Notes: generated by a model from the sequence alone, not told the origin. Shown: positions 18,307-29,257, counted from the stretch's first letter. The stretch is 64,000 nt of DNA from Desulfobacteraceae bacterium (GCA_003599575.1 QZKV01000001.1:2171-66170), one strand, 5' to 3'. A program made the numbers and translations.

Positions 18307-18942
18307 TCAGAACGCGTAAACCACGGTGAGCAGCGGCGCTGTGATGGAAACAATAGGCTGGTCCTCGATGCCCACAAGCCCGACATCCACAGTGAGATCC
18401 AGGAGAAACCGCACCTGAAAATCCGCGACTCCGAGCCGTTGCGCCTCCCTCATCAGGGGCGTGACATCGATCGACACGAACCTTCCCTGATCCGAGGCAA
18501 AGAAATCCAGTTCCTGGGTCAGCAGGGGAGGAGAATCGAAATCCTCTTCACGCAGACCTGAGGCAGGATAGCTGACGAGGTCGAGCAGGGTTGGGATAAT
18601 GGGAGCGAAACTCACCGAGTCGATAAACACCTCCAGGGTAGCGGAAATGATCCGCGCGGCAAGCGGGACCACATCCTGGCCGGTCGAACCGTCTAAAGGA
18701 AAATCCAGGAAGGCGCGGAATTCCGGAAGATTGGGGTCCGAATCGTCGATGCCGAAAAACAGCGTGTCCGGACCATTCGTGATGGTGAAGGTCTGCCCGA
18801 CAGGATCGAAGGCGATATCCCCGTCCGCAGGCTGGTCGCTCAGGATAGCGGCCTCAAAAACACGCCGCTCATCACTGCCGCCGCAGCCGGCCAGGGCCAG
18901 TGCCAGAACCGTAAACAAGCATAAACCGAATAATTTTCGCAT
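18307..18942 (-). CDS. Lipoprotein of unknown function
   Basis: Lipobox LALAGC followed by GGS; acidic, beta-rich body. Confidence 0.75.
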   Translation of the reverse strand: MRKLFGLCLFTVLALALAGCGGSDERRVFEAAILSDQPADGDIAFDPVGQTFTITNGPDTLFFGIDDSDPNLPEFRAFLDFPLDGSTGQDVVPLAARIISATLEVFIDSVSFAPIIPTLLDLVSYPASGLREEDFDSPPLLTQELDFFASDQGRFVSIDVTPLMREAQRLGVADFQVRFLLDLTVDVGLVGIEDQPIVSITAPLLTVVYAF

Positions 18943-19104
18943 AGGTGTCCTCTGGTTTTTTGTTTTTAACAGGAAACTTAGTTCGAATGGGCAGACAACC
19001 AGGTTCAGCTTTAATGACGTTCTGAGGGAAGGGAAGTTTACACTTCAGGAGAGCGGACGCACACTTCTAATGTCAGAATTCCTCCTGTTTCCACTTTTCA
19101 ACTT

Positions 19105-20724
19105 TCATTTTTTTTCAAACAACTTCTCCAGATAGAACTTCGAAATCGGGTCCGCGGCTTCGAAGCCGTATTCGGATCGATCATTCTTTTGGACCATTTC
19201 GCCTCTCAGCGTATCGGCCACCTTTTTGCCCAGTTCGACACCGAATTGATCGAACGAGTTGATGCCCCAGATGAAACCCTCATACACTGTGCGGGCTTCG
19301 TAGAAGCTGAGCAAACGGCCGATATTTTCGGCCGACAGATCGTCGAGCAGCAGGGTCGAAGACGGACGATTGCCGCTGAAAAAGCGTGCTTGGTCGTCGT
19401 GGCCCGCGCCGATCGCCAGCGCCCTGGCCTGGGCCAGCATGTTGGCCCACAACTCCTGGTGGTTGGTCACCCCCTTGGAACGCGCATCATATTGTGTGAA
19501 GTGCGGCCGGAGCACGCCGATGAAGTCGATGGGAAAGGGGCGGCCCTGGTGGGCCAGCTGGAAAAAGGAATGCTGCGCATTGGTGCCCGGTTCCCCGAAA
19601 ATGACCACGCCGGCCGGCTTGGGAAGCAATTGGCCCTCGATGTCCACGGCCTTGCCGTTGCTTTCCATGTTGAGCTGCTGAACGTGCGGGGCCAGCTTGG
19701 CCAATGGGGAGGAATAGGGGATGACGGCCTGCTGCTGGTAGCCCAGGCAGGTGGTGTTCCATACCGATATCAGCGCGGCGATCAGGGGGAGGTTGCGCTC
19801 GACCGGGGCGTCCAGGGCATGCCGGTCCATTTCGGCGGCGCCCTTGAGGAAAGCTTCAAAGCGTTCATAGCCCAGGTACAGACTCAAGGGAACGCCGCCC
19901 ACCGCGGAGGTCACACTGTAGCGTCCGCCGATGAAATCGAACATGTGGAAGGTTTGCAGAACCGGCCGGGCGGGATCGTCACCGGGGCTGCCCTTGGCGG
20001 TCACGGAGACCATGTGTTTGGCTGGATCGAGCCCGTGGCCGCGCATGAACTGTTCGGCCTGCGCTGTATTGGCCGAGGTTTCGGCCGTGGTGAAGCTCTT
20101 TGAAATCACCACCCACAAGGTCGTGGGCGGATCGATGGCTTTGGCCACCGCGCCGAAGTTATCGATGTCCACATTGGCCAGATAATGAAGCGTGATGTTG
20201 CGGTCCGCCAGCGGGGCCAAGGCCGTGGAAACAAATTCGGGCCCCAGGTAGGAGCCGCCGATGCCGATCACCACCACGTGGCGGAACGGCTTGCCCCCGG
20301 CTCCCGCGATCCGACCGCTGTGCACCTGATCGCTGAAGCGCTTGATCTGATCGCGCACGCGGCGGATTTCGGGCAGCACATCTTTGCCGTCTACGAGAAC
20401 CGGAGCATGGTCGAAACTGCGGGCGGCGGTGTGCAGGACCGCCCGTTTTTCCGTGACGTTGAGTTTGGCGCCGCCGGCCATCATGCCGAAACGCTCGCGC
20501 AGTCCCAGCAACTCTTCCAGTGAAAAAAGAAGATCACGCGTGCGATCGTCCAGGCGCTGGCGCGAAAAATCCAGGAACAGCCCGCCGCCTCGAACAGAGT
20601 AGTTTTGCAAACGATCCGGCGCGGCGATCAGGTGTTTGAGATGGGCCTGCGGCCGCTGCATGTCTTGCGCACATTGCACAAGCGCCTTGTGCTGATCGAG
20701 TTGATCGAGGCGATAAACAGTCAT
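19105..20724 (-). CDS. pgi: Glucose-6-phosphate isomerase
   Basis: GIGGSYLG, SKSFTTAET, GGRYSV, QQLNMESNGK, GTNAQHSFFQ, FDQFGVELGK. Confidence 0.97.
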   Translation of the reverse strand: MTVYRLDQLDQHKALVQCAQDMQRPQAHLKHLIAAPDRLQNYSVRGGGLFLDFSRQRLDDRTRDLLFSLEELLGLRERFGMMAGGAKLNVTEKRAVLHTAARSFDHAPVLVDGKDVLPEIRRVRDQIKRFSDQVHSGRIAGAGGKPFRHVVVIGIGGSYLGPEFVSTALAPLADRNITLHYLANVDIDNFGAVAKAIDPPTTLWVVISKSFTTAETSANTAQAEQFMRGHGLDPAKHMVSVTAKGSPGDDPARPVLQTFHMFDFIGGRYSVTSAVGGVPLSLYLGYERFEAFLKGAAEMDRHALDAPVERNLPLIAALISVWNTTCLGYQQQAVIPYSSPLAKLAPHVQQLNMESNGKAVDIEGQLLPKPAGVVIFGEPGTNAQHSFFQLAHQGRPFPIDFIGVLRPHFTQYDARSKGVTNHQELWANMLAQARALAIGAGHDDQARFFSGNRPSSTLLLDDLSAENIGRLLSFYEARTVYEGFIWGINSFDQFGVELGKKVADTLRGEMVQKNDRSEYGFEAADPISKFYLEKLFEKK

Positions 20725-20829
20725 CCCATTCTCCTTGGTTCGTTAAAATCTTTAATAGGTGTTGATTGATAAACTTTATTGGGCAATCACCTGTCGGCCG
20801 CCCAATCAAACGCGGCGAGGATCAATGAA

Positions 20830-22476
20830 TCATGAATTCGCTGTCGCTGCATTAACAATCGTCTGAGCCTCGGCCTGGATGCGGCGCAGGTGCTCCTCGC
20901 TTTTGAAGCTCTCGGCGTAAATTTTATAAATGCTTTCGGTCCCGGATGGCCGCGCGGCAAACCAGCCGTTGGCCGCAAGCACTTTCAGCCCACCGATGGC
21001 GGCGCCGTTGCCGGGCGCATGAGTCAGGGCCGCCAGGATTTTTTCCCCGGCCAGCTCGGTGAGGCGCATTTTTTCAGGCGATAGCTTGGACAGGGCGGCT
21101 TTTTGCGCGGGGGTGGCCGGCGCATCGATGCGCTGGTAGACCGGGGCGCCGAACTCGCCGGCCAGATCCTGGTAGAGTTCACCCGGATCGCGATCCATGC
21201 GCGCGGTGATCTCGGCGGCCAGCAATGCGGCGATGATGCCGTCCTTGTCGGTAGACCAGGCCGTGCCGTCCATGCGCACAAAAGAAGCACCGGCGCTTTC
21301 TTCCCCGCCGAATCCCAGGGAACCGTCCATCAGCCCCTCCACGAACCACTTGAAACCCACCGGCACTTCATACAAGGCGCGTCCCAATTTATACGCGACA
21401 CGGTCGATCATCTGGCTGCTGACCAGCGTCTTGCCCACGGCGGCATTGGCGCGCCAGCGGGGGCGATGCTGGAAAAGGTAATGAACGCATACCGCCAGGT
21501 AATGGTTGGGTTGCAGCAGTCCGGCGCTGCGGGTGACGATGCCGTGCCGGTCATGATCGGTATCGCAGGCGCAGGCGATGCGGAAGCGCTCTTTCAGGGC
21601 GATCAGTCGCTGCATGGCATAGGCCGAAGAGGGGTCCATGCGGATGCGGCCGTCCCAGTCCAGGCTCATGAACTTGAACGTCGGGTCCACCGTATCGTCG
21701 ACCACGGTCATATTCAATTTGTAGCGCTGCGCAATGGCCTGCCAGTAATGCACGCCGGCGCCGCCGAGCGGGTCTACGCCCAGCGCGATCCCGGCCTCGG
21801 CGATGGCCTTCATTTCGATCACCTGATCCAATTCGCGGGTATAGGCATCGATATAGTCGAAGCGTTGGGTGGTATCCATGCGCAAGGCGCGTTCGTAGGG
21901 CACCCGTTTGACATCTTTCAGACCTCCGGCCAGCAGCGCATTGGCCTGTTTTTCGATCCAGGCGGTGATATCGCCCCCGGCCGGGCCCCCGCTGGGCGGA
22001 TTGTATTTGAAGCCGCCGTCCTCGGGCGGATTGTGCGACGGGGTGATGACGATGCCGTCGGCCAACCCGCTGCTGCGGCCGCGGTTGTAATTCAAAATGG
22101 CATGCGAAATGACCGGTGTGGGCGTGTATTCATTATTGCCTGCGATTATCACCTGCGCGTCGTTGGCGCTTAAGACCTCCAGTGCGCTGGCAAAGGCCGG
22201 CCTGGAGAGGGCATGGGTGTCGATGCCCAGGAAAAGCGGTCCGTTGATGCCTTGGGCCTTTCGCATGTGGCAGATGGCCTGGGTGATGGCCAGGATATGG
22301 TCTTCGTTGAAACTTGATTGCAAAGAAGAGCCGCGGTGTCCGGAGGTGCCGAAGGACACGCGCTGTTCAGGCAGCGCAATGTCCGGATGACGGGTATAAT
22401 AGGCGGTGATCAGCTCGGGCAGGTTGACCAGCATGGCCGGCTGGACGGGCTGGCCTGCAAAAGGACTGACTGTCAT
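20830..22476 (-). CDS. pgm: Phosphoglucomutase
   Basis: FGTSGHRG, TPSHNPPEDGG, DTDHDR, FGGEESAG, RPSGTE. Confidence 0.97.
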   Translation of the reverse strand: MTVSPFAGQPVQPAMLVNLPELITAYYTRHPDIALPEQRVSFGTSGHRGSSLQSSFNEDHILAITQAICHMRKAQGINGPLFLGIDTHALSRPAFASALEVLSANDAQVIIAGNNEYTPTPVISHAILNYNRGRSSGLADGIVITPSHNPPEDGGFKYNPPSGGPAGGDITAWIEKQANALLAGGLKDVKRVPYERALRMDTTQRFDYIDAYTRELDQVIEMKAIAEAGIALGVDPLGGAGVHYWQAIAQRYKLNMTVVDDTVDPTFKFMSLDWDGRIRMDPSSAYAMQRLIALKERFRIACACDTDHDRHGIVTRSAGLLQPNHYLAVCVHYLFQHRPRWRANAAVGKTLVSSQMIDRVAYKLGRALYEVPVGFKWFVEGLMDGSLGFGGEESAGASFVRMDGTAWSTDKDGIIAALLAAEITARMDRDPGELYQDLAGEFGAPVYQRIDAPATPAQKAALSKLSPEKMRLTELAGEKILAALTHAPGNGAAIGGLKVLAANGWFAARPSGTESIYKIYAESFKSEEHLRRIQAEAQTIVNAATANS

Positions 22477-22997
22477 AGCGGTGCTCCTATCTTTTTTTGA
22501 ATGATTTCATCAAAGACAAGCGCGCATGAAAGACTTTCAAATAAACCGGCAGCCTTTTGAACGCTGCTTGGAGGTGAGAATCGGCTTGGGCTGCTCTTTG
22601 CGCATACAATAACACGCCGATTCGGGGTTGAAAAGCGTAGGGAGGGAAATAACGCCCCCCTGCTTGAGCGAAGTAGATAACCGGTCTGCACCGCAGGGGT
22701 GCGTTCCACCGCCAGCGCGCTTGGCTGAAGGGGCATGAAACGGACCGTGGCTTATTTGCATAAATTGAGGGCTGGAGACTTGAAAGCGGGCCAAAAGGTT
22801 TTAGTTTTGTGGGCTGTTGATTTTCTTAGGCACCGTTTGTTTAAAGCAGCTAAACAGGCGCTTCGATCCCATTCAAGTGAGGGTCGAAATGCGTGCGTGT
22901 GAAGGTCGCGCCTTCCTTTCGAAGCTCACTACGGCCCCCGGCAAGCGATTCCCTTTCGAGCAGCTTCATGGGGCGGCGATTTATGGAGAAGATCCCA

Positions 22998-25682
22998 ATG
23001 CCGACTGAGCAAAGGCAGGCAAGTTCGTCCGGCAACGAAGTCGCGTATGAAAACCGCGAGTGGATCGATTCGCTGGATTGGGTGCTCCAAAGCCAGGGGC
23101 CGGACCGGGTACGCGAATTGCTGCGCATGCTGCAAACGCGCGCCCAGGAAAAAGGGGTGGCCTTCCCGTTCGTGGCCAACACGCCCTATATCAACACCAT
23201 ACCCGTAGAAAGACAACCGGCCTTTCCGGGCAGCCGCGAGATCGAACGGCGCATCAAAAGCATCATCCGCTGGAACGCCATGGCCATGGTCGTGCGCGCC
23301 AACCGTGAAAGCAGCGGCATCGGCGGTCATATATCGACCTATGCGTCCAGCGCCACCCTGTACGAGGTGGGCTTCAACCATTTTTTCAGGGCCAAGAGCG
23401 CCGATCACCCCGGCGACATCATCTTCTTCCAGGGCCACGCCGTGCCGGGGATTTATGCGCGGGCCTTCCTGGAAGGGCGCATCTCCGAAACCCAGCTTGA
23501 AAACTTCCGGCGCGAGCTCAAGCCCGAGGGGGGATTGTCCTCTTATCCGCATCCCTATCTGATGCCGGAATTCTGGCAGTTTCCCACCGTTTCCATGGGA
23601 TTGCCGCCCCTGATGTCGATTTACCAGGCGCGCTTCAACCACTACCTGCAGGATCGCGGTTTGAAAAAACCGGATGATCAAAAAGTGTGGGCTTTCCTGG
23701 GCGACGGCGAACTGGACGAACCCGAGTCCCTGGGCGCCATCACGCTGGCCTCGCGCGAACACCTGGATAACTTGATCTTCGTGGTCAACTGCAACCTGCA
23801 GCGGCTGGACGGCCCTGTGCGGGGCAACGGCAAAATCATCCAGGAACTCGAAGCCGCCTTCCGCGGCGCCGGCTGGAATGTGATCAAGGTGATCTGGGGC
23901 AGCGATTGGGATCCATTGCTGATGCAGGACCGTGAAGGACTCCTGCTCAAACGCATGGAGGAGGTGCCCGACGGCCAATACCAGAAATATTCGGCCTCGG
24001 ACGGGGAATACATCCGCAAGGACTTTTTTAGCAAATATCCCGATCTCGAGAACATGGTCCGCGACTATTCCGCGGAGCAATTGTTCAAGCTGCGCAGAGG
24101 CGGGCATGACCCCCAGAAGGTCTACTCCGCCTACAAGGCCGCCGTCGAGCATAAAGGTTCGCCGACCGTGATCCTGGCCAAGACCATCAAGGGCTATGGT
24201 TTGGGCGAGGCCGGCGAGGGCCGCAATGTCACCCACCAGCAAAAGAAGCTTAACGAAGATGAGCTGCGTTTATTCCGCAGCCGCTTCGGCATCCCCATTC
24301 CGGATGAGCAGGTCAAGGAAATGCCCTTTTACAAGCCGGCGCCCGACAGCGAGGAGATGCGCTATCTTCAAGAGCGCCGCAAACGGTTGGGCGGCTACCT
24401 GCCGGCACGCAGCTGGTCCGTACCGGCCTCGCGTCCGCCGGGCGAGGCACTGTATGCCGAGTTCATGAAGGGCACGGGCGACCGGGAGGTGGCCACCACC
24501 ATGGTGATGGTGCACCTGATGAGCAAACTGCTCAAGGACAAACGCATGGGGCCTTATATCGTTCCCATCGTTCCCGACGAGGCCCGCACCTTCGGGATGG
24601 AGTCGCTCTTTCGCACGCTGGGCATTTACTCTCCGGCCGGCCAGACCTATGAGCCGGTGGACAAGGAGAGCCTGCTTTACTACAAGGAAGCCAAGGACGG
24701 CCAGATCCTGGAAGAGGGCATCACCGAGGCGGGCGCCATGTCCTCGTTCATTGCCGCCGGAACCGCCTATTCAACGCACTCCGTCAACATGATTCCATTT
24801 TTCTTTTTTTACTCCATATTCGGCTTTCAGCGCATCGGCGATCTGATCTGGGCGGCCGGCGATGCCCAGGCGCGCGGTTTTCTGCTGGGGGCGACCGCGG
24901 GACGCACGACGCTGGCCGGGGAAGGCTTGCAGCACCAGGACGGCCACAGCCACGTCCTGGCCCTGCCCAATCCGACCGTGCAGGCCTACGATCCGGCGTT
25001 CGCCTACGAGCTGGCCGTCATCGTAAAGGAAGGCCTGCGGCGCATGCTTGAAGAAGGGGAAAACCTCATTTACTACCTGACCATCATGAATGAGTTCTAC
25101 AAAATGCCGCCCAAGCCCGAGGGGGTCGACGAAGGCATCCTGGGCGGCATCTACCGGCTGCATAAATCCGAAAAGCGCAGAACCGAACACAAGGCCCATC
25201 TTTTCGGCAGCGGTACCATATTGAACGAAGTGGTCAAGGCGCGACAGATCCTGGAAGATCGGTATGGGATCGCTGCGGATGTCTGGAGCGTGACCAGCTA
25301 CAAAAAGTTGTACTGGGATGCCCTGGATACCGAACGCTGGAATATCAGGCATCCGGATAAACCGGTGCGCGCCTCTTTTTTGCAGCGCCAGCTGGGTGAC
25401 GCCAAAGGGGTATTCGTGGCTGCTTCGGATTATCTCAAAGCGCTGCCCGCTTCGATTGCCCGATGGGTGCCAGGACCCATGGCCTTGCTGGGTACGGACG
25501 GGTACGGCCGCAGCGAATCCAGGGAGGCGCTGCGTGACTTTTTCGAAGTGGATGCACGGCATATCGCCTTTGCTGCATTGAGCACCCTGGCACGGGAAAA
25601 AGAAATCGACCTTGCGGTAGTCCGGAAAGCCCGCAAGGAACTGGACATCGATCCGGACAAAGCCAACCCTCTGTTCCAATAA
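22998..25682 (+). CDS. aceE: Pyruvate dehydrogenase E1, homodimeric type
   Basis: GGHISTY, FPTVSMG, GDGELDEPES, NCNLQRLDGPV, EGITEAG, GEGLQHQDG; start placed at ATG 22998 after GGAG. Confidence 0.96.
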   Translation: MPTEQRQASSSGNEVAYENREWIDSLDWVLQSQGPDRVRELLRMLQTRAQEKGVAFPFVANTPYINTIPVERQPAFPGSREIERRIKSIIRWNAMAMVVRANRESSGIGGHISTYASSATLYEVGFNHFFRAKSADHPGDIIFFQGHAVPGIYARAFLEGRISETQLENFRRELKPEGGLSSYPHPYLMPEFWQFPTVSMGLPPLMSIYQARFNHYLQDRGLKKPDDQKVWAFLGDGELDEPESLGAITLASREHLDNLIFVVNCNLQRLDGPVRGNGKIIQELEAAFRGAGWNVIKVIWGSDWDPLLMQDREGLLLKRMEEVPDGQYQKYSASDGEYIRKDFFSKYPDLENMVRDYSAEQLFKLRRGGHDPQKVYSAYKAAVEHKGSPTVILAKTIKGYGLGEAGEGRNVTHQQKKLNEDELRLFRSRFGIPIPDEQVKEMPFYKPAPDSEEMRYLQERRKRLGGYLPARSWSVPASRPPGEALYAEFMKGTGDREVATTMVMVHLMSKLLKDKRMGPYIVPIVPDEARTFGMESLFRTLGIYSPAGQTYEPVDKESLLYYKEAKDGQILEEGITEAGAMSSFIAAGTAYSTHSVNMIPFFFFYSIFGFQRIGDLIWAAGDAQARGFLLGATAGRTTLAGEGLQHQDGHSHVLALPNPTVQAYDPAFAYELAVIVKEGLRRMLEEGENLIYYLTIMNEFYKMPPKPEGVDEGILGGIYRLHKSEKRRTEHKAHLFGSGTILNEVVKARQILEDRYGIAADVWSVTSYKKLYWDALDTERWNIRHPDKPVRASFLQRQLGDAKGVFVAASDYLKALPASIARWVPGPMALLGTDGYGRSESREALRDFFEVDARHIAFAALSTLAREKEIDLAVVRKARKELDIDPDKANPLFQ

Positions 25683-25866
25683 ACCGTTAAAGGAAACTAT
25701 CCAAGACTGTCTTTTGACACGCTGACACCATCTGTGTGCATGATCACCTGACCCTATGCATGCCACGGCCTTTTCCATTCGCTGATCGCTTTGCTTGCCT
25801 GTGGCAAGCTGCCTATATGACGTGTTCCACCTTTTATGGAGGTATTCATCAACAGAAGGAGACCGC

Positions 25867-27204
25867 ATGATACAAGAGGTCAGGATTCCGGAGATCAGCG
25901 AGAACGTCACCTCCGGCAAGGTCGTCAAAGTGTTGGTCAAAGCAGGGGATATGGTCGATGTGGATGACGTTCTGATTGAATTCGAGACCGAAAAGGCGTT
26001 GGTTGAAATCCCCTCCACGGCAAAGGGAAAAATTGTGGAGCTCCTGGCCAAGGAAGGTCAGGAGATGCAGGTGGGCGACTTGATCGCCAAGGTGGAAAGC
26101 GAGGGCGAAGCGGAGCAGGCCCCACCCGAACCCGAGGCCGAACCCGGTGCCGTCGCTGAAAAAGCGGCGCCGGAACCTGACGCTGAAGCCAAAAAGCCGC
26201 TTGAAAAGGCACCCGCCGTCCAGAAGGAAGCCGAGGCCGAGGAGGAACCGCAGCAGCCTGCCAAGGTTGAAAAGAAGGCTGAGCCGGTCGGCGAACGACA
26301 CCCGCCGGTGGCGGCCGCGCCTTCGGTGAGACGCTTCGCGCGCGAGTTGGGCGTGGATATCTTGCAGGTGAAGGGCAGCGGGCCGGGCGGCCGCATCACG
26401 CAAGACGATATCAAGACGGCGGTCAAGCAGGGCAGGGCGCATGCGGCTGCGGCCGGCGGCGCGGGTGGGCTGGAAGAACCGGCGTTGCCCGATTTCGGCC
26501 GTTGGGGGGAAATCGAAGCGGTCGAACTTCCGGCCGTGCGGCGCCTGACCGCGCGCAGCGTCTCGGTATCGTGGCGGACCGTTGCGCACGTCACGCAATT
26601 TGACCGGGCCGATATCACCCATTTGGAGGCTTTCATCCGCAGCCAGGCGCCCAAACTGCAGAAGCAAGGCATCAAGTTGACGCTTACGGCCGTGGTGATG
26701 AAGGTCTGTGCGGCGGCCCTTGTGAAGTTTCCACGCTTCAATGCCAGTATCGACCCGGCCAACAACCGGCTGATTTTCAAGAAGTACGTGCATATCGGCA
26801 TGGCCGTCGATACCGAACGCGGCTTGCTGGTGCCCGTAATCCGTGACGCCGAACGCAAGGGCATCAGCCGTTTGGCCGCCGATATCGTTGACCTGGCCGA
26901 ACGCTCGCGCACCAAAAAGATCAAACCCGATGAGATGGAAGGGGGGACCTTCACCATCTCCAACCAGGGCGGCATCGGCGGGACGCAATTCACCCCCATT
27001 GTCATGTGGCCGCAGGTGGCCATCCTGGGCATCAGCCGGACCGCCATCGAACCGGTGCATGTGGACGGTCGGTTCGAGCCGCGCTCCATTTTGCCCCTTT
27101 CACTGTCGTACGATCACCGCATCATCGACGGGGCGGACGCGGCGCGGTTCATGCGCTGGGTTTGCGAGGCTTTGGAGATGCCGTTTGCGATGATGCTGGA
27201 CTGA
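25867..27204 (+). CDS. aceF: Dihydrolipoamide acetyltransferase E2 (one lipoyl domain)
   Basis: ETEKALVEIPS lipoyl motif, AAPSVRRFARELGV E3-binding domain, SYDHRIIDG; AAGGAG RBS. Confidence 0.95.
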   Translation: MIQEVRIPEISENVTSGKVVKVLVKAGDMVDVDDVLIEFETEKALVEIPSTAKGKIVELLAKEGQEMQVGDLIAKVESEGEAEQAPPEPEAEPGAVAEKAAPEPDAEAKKPLEKAPAVQKEAEAEEEPQQPAKVEKKAEPVGERHPPVAAAPSVRRFARELGVDILQVKGSGPGGRITQDDIKTAVKQGRAHAAAAGGAGGLEEPALPDFGRWGEIEAVELPAVRRLTARSVSVSWRTVAHVTQFDRADITHLEAFIRSQAPKLQKQGIKLTLTAVVMKVCAAALVKFPRFNASIDPANNRLIFKKYVHIGMAVDTERGLLVPVIRDAERKGISRLAADIVDLAERSRTKKIKPDEMEGGTFTISNQGGIGGTQFTPIVMWPQVAILGISRTAIEPVHVDGRFEPRSILPLSLSYDHRIIDGADAARFMRWVCEALEMPFAMMLD

Positions 27205-27323
27205 TGGGCCGGGGGAAACGCGCAGCCCAGCCGTGTACGTGAACGCGCACGGGTGTAGTGCCTGAATTCCTCTTGTGCTGGATTCAGGTATAAACGCATA
27301 ACGAAATCTTAAGGAGAATCACT

Positions 27324-28745
27324 ATGGCGGATAAGGAAACCCAGTTGGTCGTCATCGGAGGCGGTCCGGGGGGCTATGCCGCGGCATTTTTGGCCGCCGA
27401 CCTGGGGATGAATGTCACCTTGATCGACCCGGGTGAAAACCCCGGAGGCGTTTGCCTGTACCGCGGCTGCATTCCTTCCAAGGCGCTGTTGCACGCGGCC
27501 AAAGTGATCTTCGAAAGCCAGGATGCTGAAGCGATGGGCCTTAGCTTCGGCGGGCTTAAAATCGATCGCGATCGGCTACAGAAGTGGAAGAACGACGTGG
27601 TGAACAAGATGACCGGCGGCCTTGGGCAACTGGCCAAGCAAAAGAAAATCCAGCATATCCGCGGCGAGGCCGTATTCGAGGACAGCCGAAACTTGCGCAT
27701 CACAACGGTCGGGGGGAACAAGCAGACGCTGAAATTTGAAAATGCCATCATCGCCACCGGGTCTTATCCCGCTCCCTTTCGGGGCGTTGAGATCGAATCG
27801 GAACACCTGCTGGATTCCACCAGCGCCCTGGACCTGAACGACATTCCCAAATCCCTGCTGGTGGTCGGCGGGGGCTATATCGGATTGGAATTGGGCACGG
27901 TCTACGCCGCGCTGGGCACGAAAGTCCAATTGGTGGAAATGACCCCCGATCTGCTTCCCGGAGTGGACAAGGATCTGGTCCGCTTTGTACGCCAGCGCGT
28001 GACCTCGAAATTTGAAGCGATTCACCTGCAAACGACCGTAAAGTCCATGACGGCCCGCAAAAAGGGCATCGAGGTCGCCATGCAGGGGCCGCAAGGCGAA
28101 GAAAGGTCTCAAGCTTTCGACAAGGTGCTCGTGGCCGTTGGCCGCCGCCCCAATTCCAGCGGCATCGGACTGGAAAACACCCGCATCGAAACCGATCAGC
28201 GCGGTTTCATTAAAATCGATGGCCAGCGCCGCACTGCCGAAAGCCACATTTTCGCCATCGGCGATGTGGCCGGCGAGCCGATGCTGGCCCATAAGGCGAC
28301 CCACGAAGGCAGGGCGGCGGCCGAAGTGATCGCCGGGCGCAAGGTGGTCTTCGAACCCGCCGCCATTCCGGCGGTGGTTTTCACCGACCCGGAGATCGCC
28401 TGGGCCGGCTTGACCGAAAACGAAGCCAAACAAAAGAAAATTGAAGTCAAGGCGGTGCGCTTCCCCTGGGCGGCTTCCGGACGCGCGGCCACCCTGGGTC
28501 GCGGCGATGGGGTGACCAAAATAGTGGTCGAACCCGGCAGCGGGCGGATTTTAGGCGTGGGGATAACCGGGCCGGGCGCCGGCGAATTGATCGCCGAGGG
28601 CGTTCTGGCGATCGAGATGGGCGCCAATGTCACCGATGTCGGCTTGTCGATCCATCCCCATCCCACGCTGTCTGAAACCATCATGGAGGCTGCGGACGTC
28701 TTTCAGGGGACAAGCACCCATTTTCATGCGCCCAAGCGTAAATAG
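27324..28745 (+). CDS. lpdA: Dihydrolipoamide dehydrogenase E3
   Basis: GGGPGGY, GGVCLYRGCIPSK, IHPHPTLSE. Confidence 0.97.
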   Translation: MADKETQLVVIGGGPGGYAAAFLAADLGMNVTLIDPGENPGGVCLYRGCIPSKALLHAAKVIFESQDAEAMGLSFGGLKIDRDRLQKWKNDVVNKMTGGLGQLAKQKKIQHIRGEAVFEDSRNLRITTVGGNKQTLKFENAIIATGSYPAPFRGVEIESEHLLDSTSALDLNDIPKSLLVVGGGYIGLELGTVYAALGTKVQLVEMTPDLLPGVDKDLVRFVRQRVTSKFEAIHLQTTVKSMTARKKGIEVAMQGPQGEERSQAFDKVLVAVGRRPNSSGIGLENTRIETDQRGFIKIDGQRRTAESHIFAIGDVAGEPMLAHKATHEGRAAAEVIAGRKVVFEPAAIPAVVFTDPEIAWAGLTENEAKQKKIEVKAVRFPWAASGRAATLGRGDGVTKIVVEPGSGRILGVGITGPGAGELIAEGVLAIEMGANVTDVGLSIHPHPTLSETIMEAADVFQGTSTHFHAPKRK

Positions 28746-28807
28746 GTTAACCCGTTGGATAAACGGTCAAACCGGCCAACGCATACGGGCGAACGAAAGG
28801 CATTCCC

Positions 28808-29134
28808 ATGATCAATCTCACCCCTGAAGCGATCCAAAACATTAAGGCTTTTTTAGAGGAAAATAGAATCAAAGATCCGATTCGCATCGATATCCAATCT
28901 ACCGGTTGCTGTGATCCATCTTTGGGGTTATGTGTCGACCGCATCCGGGATAAAGATCTGATGCATGAAGCTGATGGCTTTACCCTGCTGATGGATGCGC
29001 AGACGTTTCAGACCGTAGGTGAGGTCAGCATTGCCTACAATGAAGAAACGGACAAAAAAGGGTTTGTGCTCACTTCGCGCAAATCTCTGAGTGAATGGGA
29101 CGGATTCGGCGTTTGCGCTATTCGCATGAAATGA
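28808..29134 (+). CDS. HesB/IscA-like protein (Cys form)
   Basis: INLTPEAIQ..., IRIDIQSTGCCDPSLGLCVD. Confidence 0.75.
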   Translation: MINLTPEAIQNIKAFLEENRIKDPIRIDIQSTGCCDPSLGLCVDRIRDKDLMHEADGFTLLMDAQTFQTVGEVSIAYNEETDKKGFVLTSRKSLSEWDGFGVCAIRMK

Positions 29135-29257
29135 GTTGTCTTGGCGCTGGCACGAGCGCCTTTGACATTTTTTCATCTTCTTCATGCTCCTGCATGGTCC
29201 CATTTGTCTATCTCACTGGAGGATTTAGGCGGGAGCGGAGTGAAAAAGCCGCAACTG

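Noticed and set aside
26090-26300. Ala/Glu/Pro/Lys low-complexity repeats in aceF
   Set aside because: Normal flexible E2 linker, not a repeat element.
22929-27089. Long antisense ORFs (e.g. 22929-24242, 24771-26051, 25849-27060; similarly 60230-61996)
   Set aside because: Shadow ORFs opposite well-supported GC-rich genes, with no recognisable motifs.
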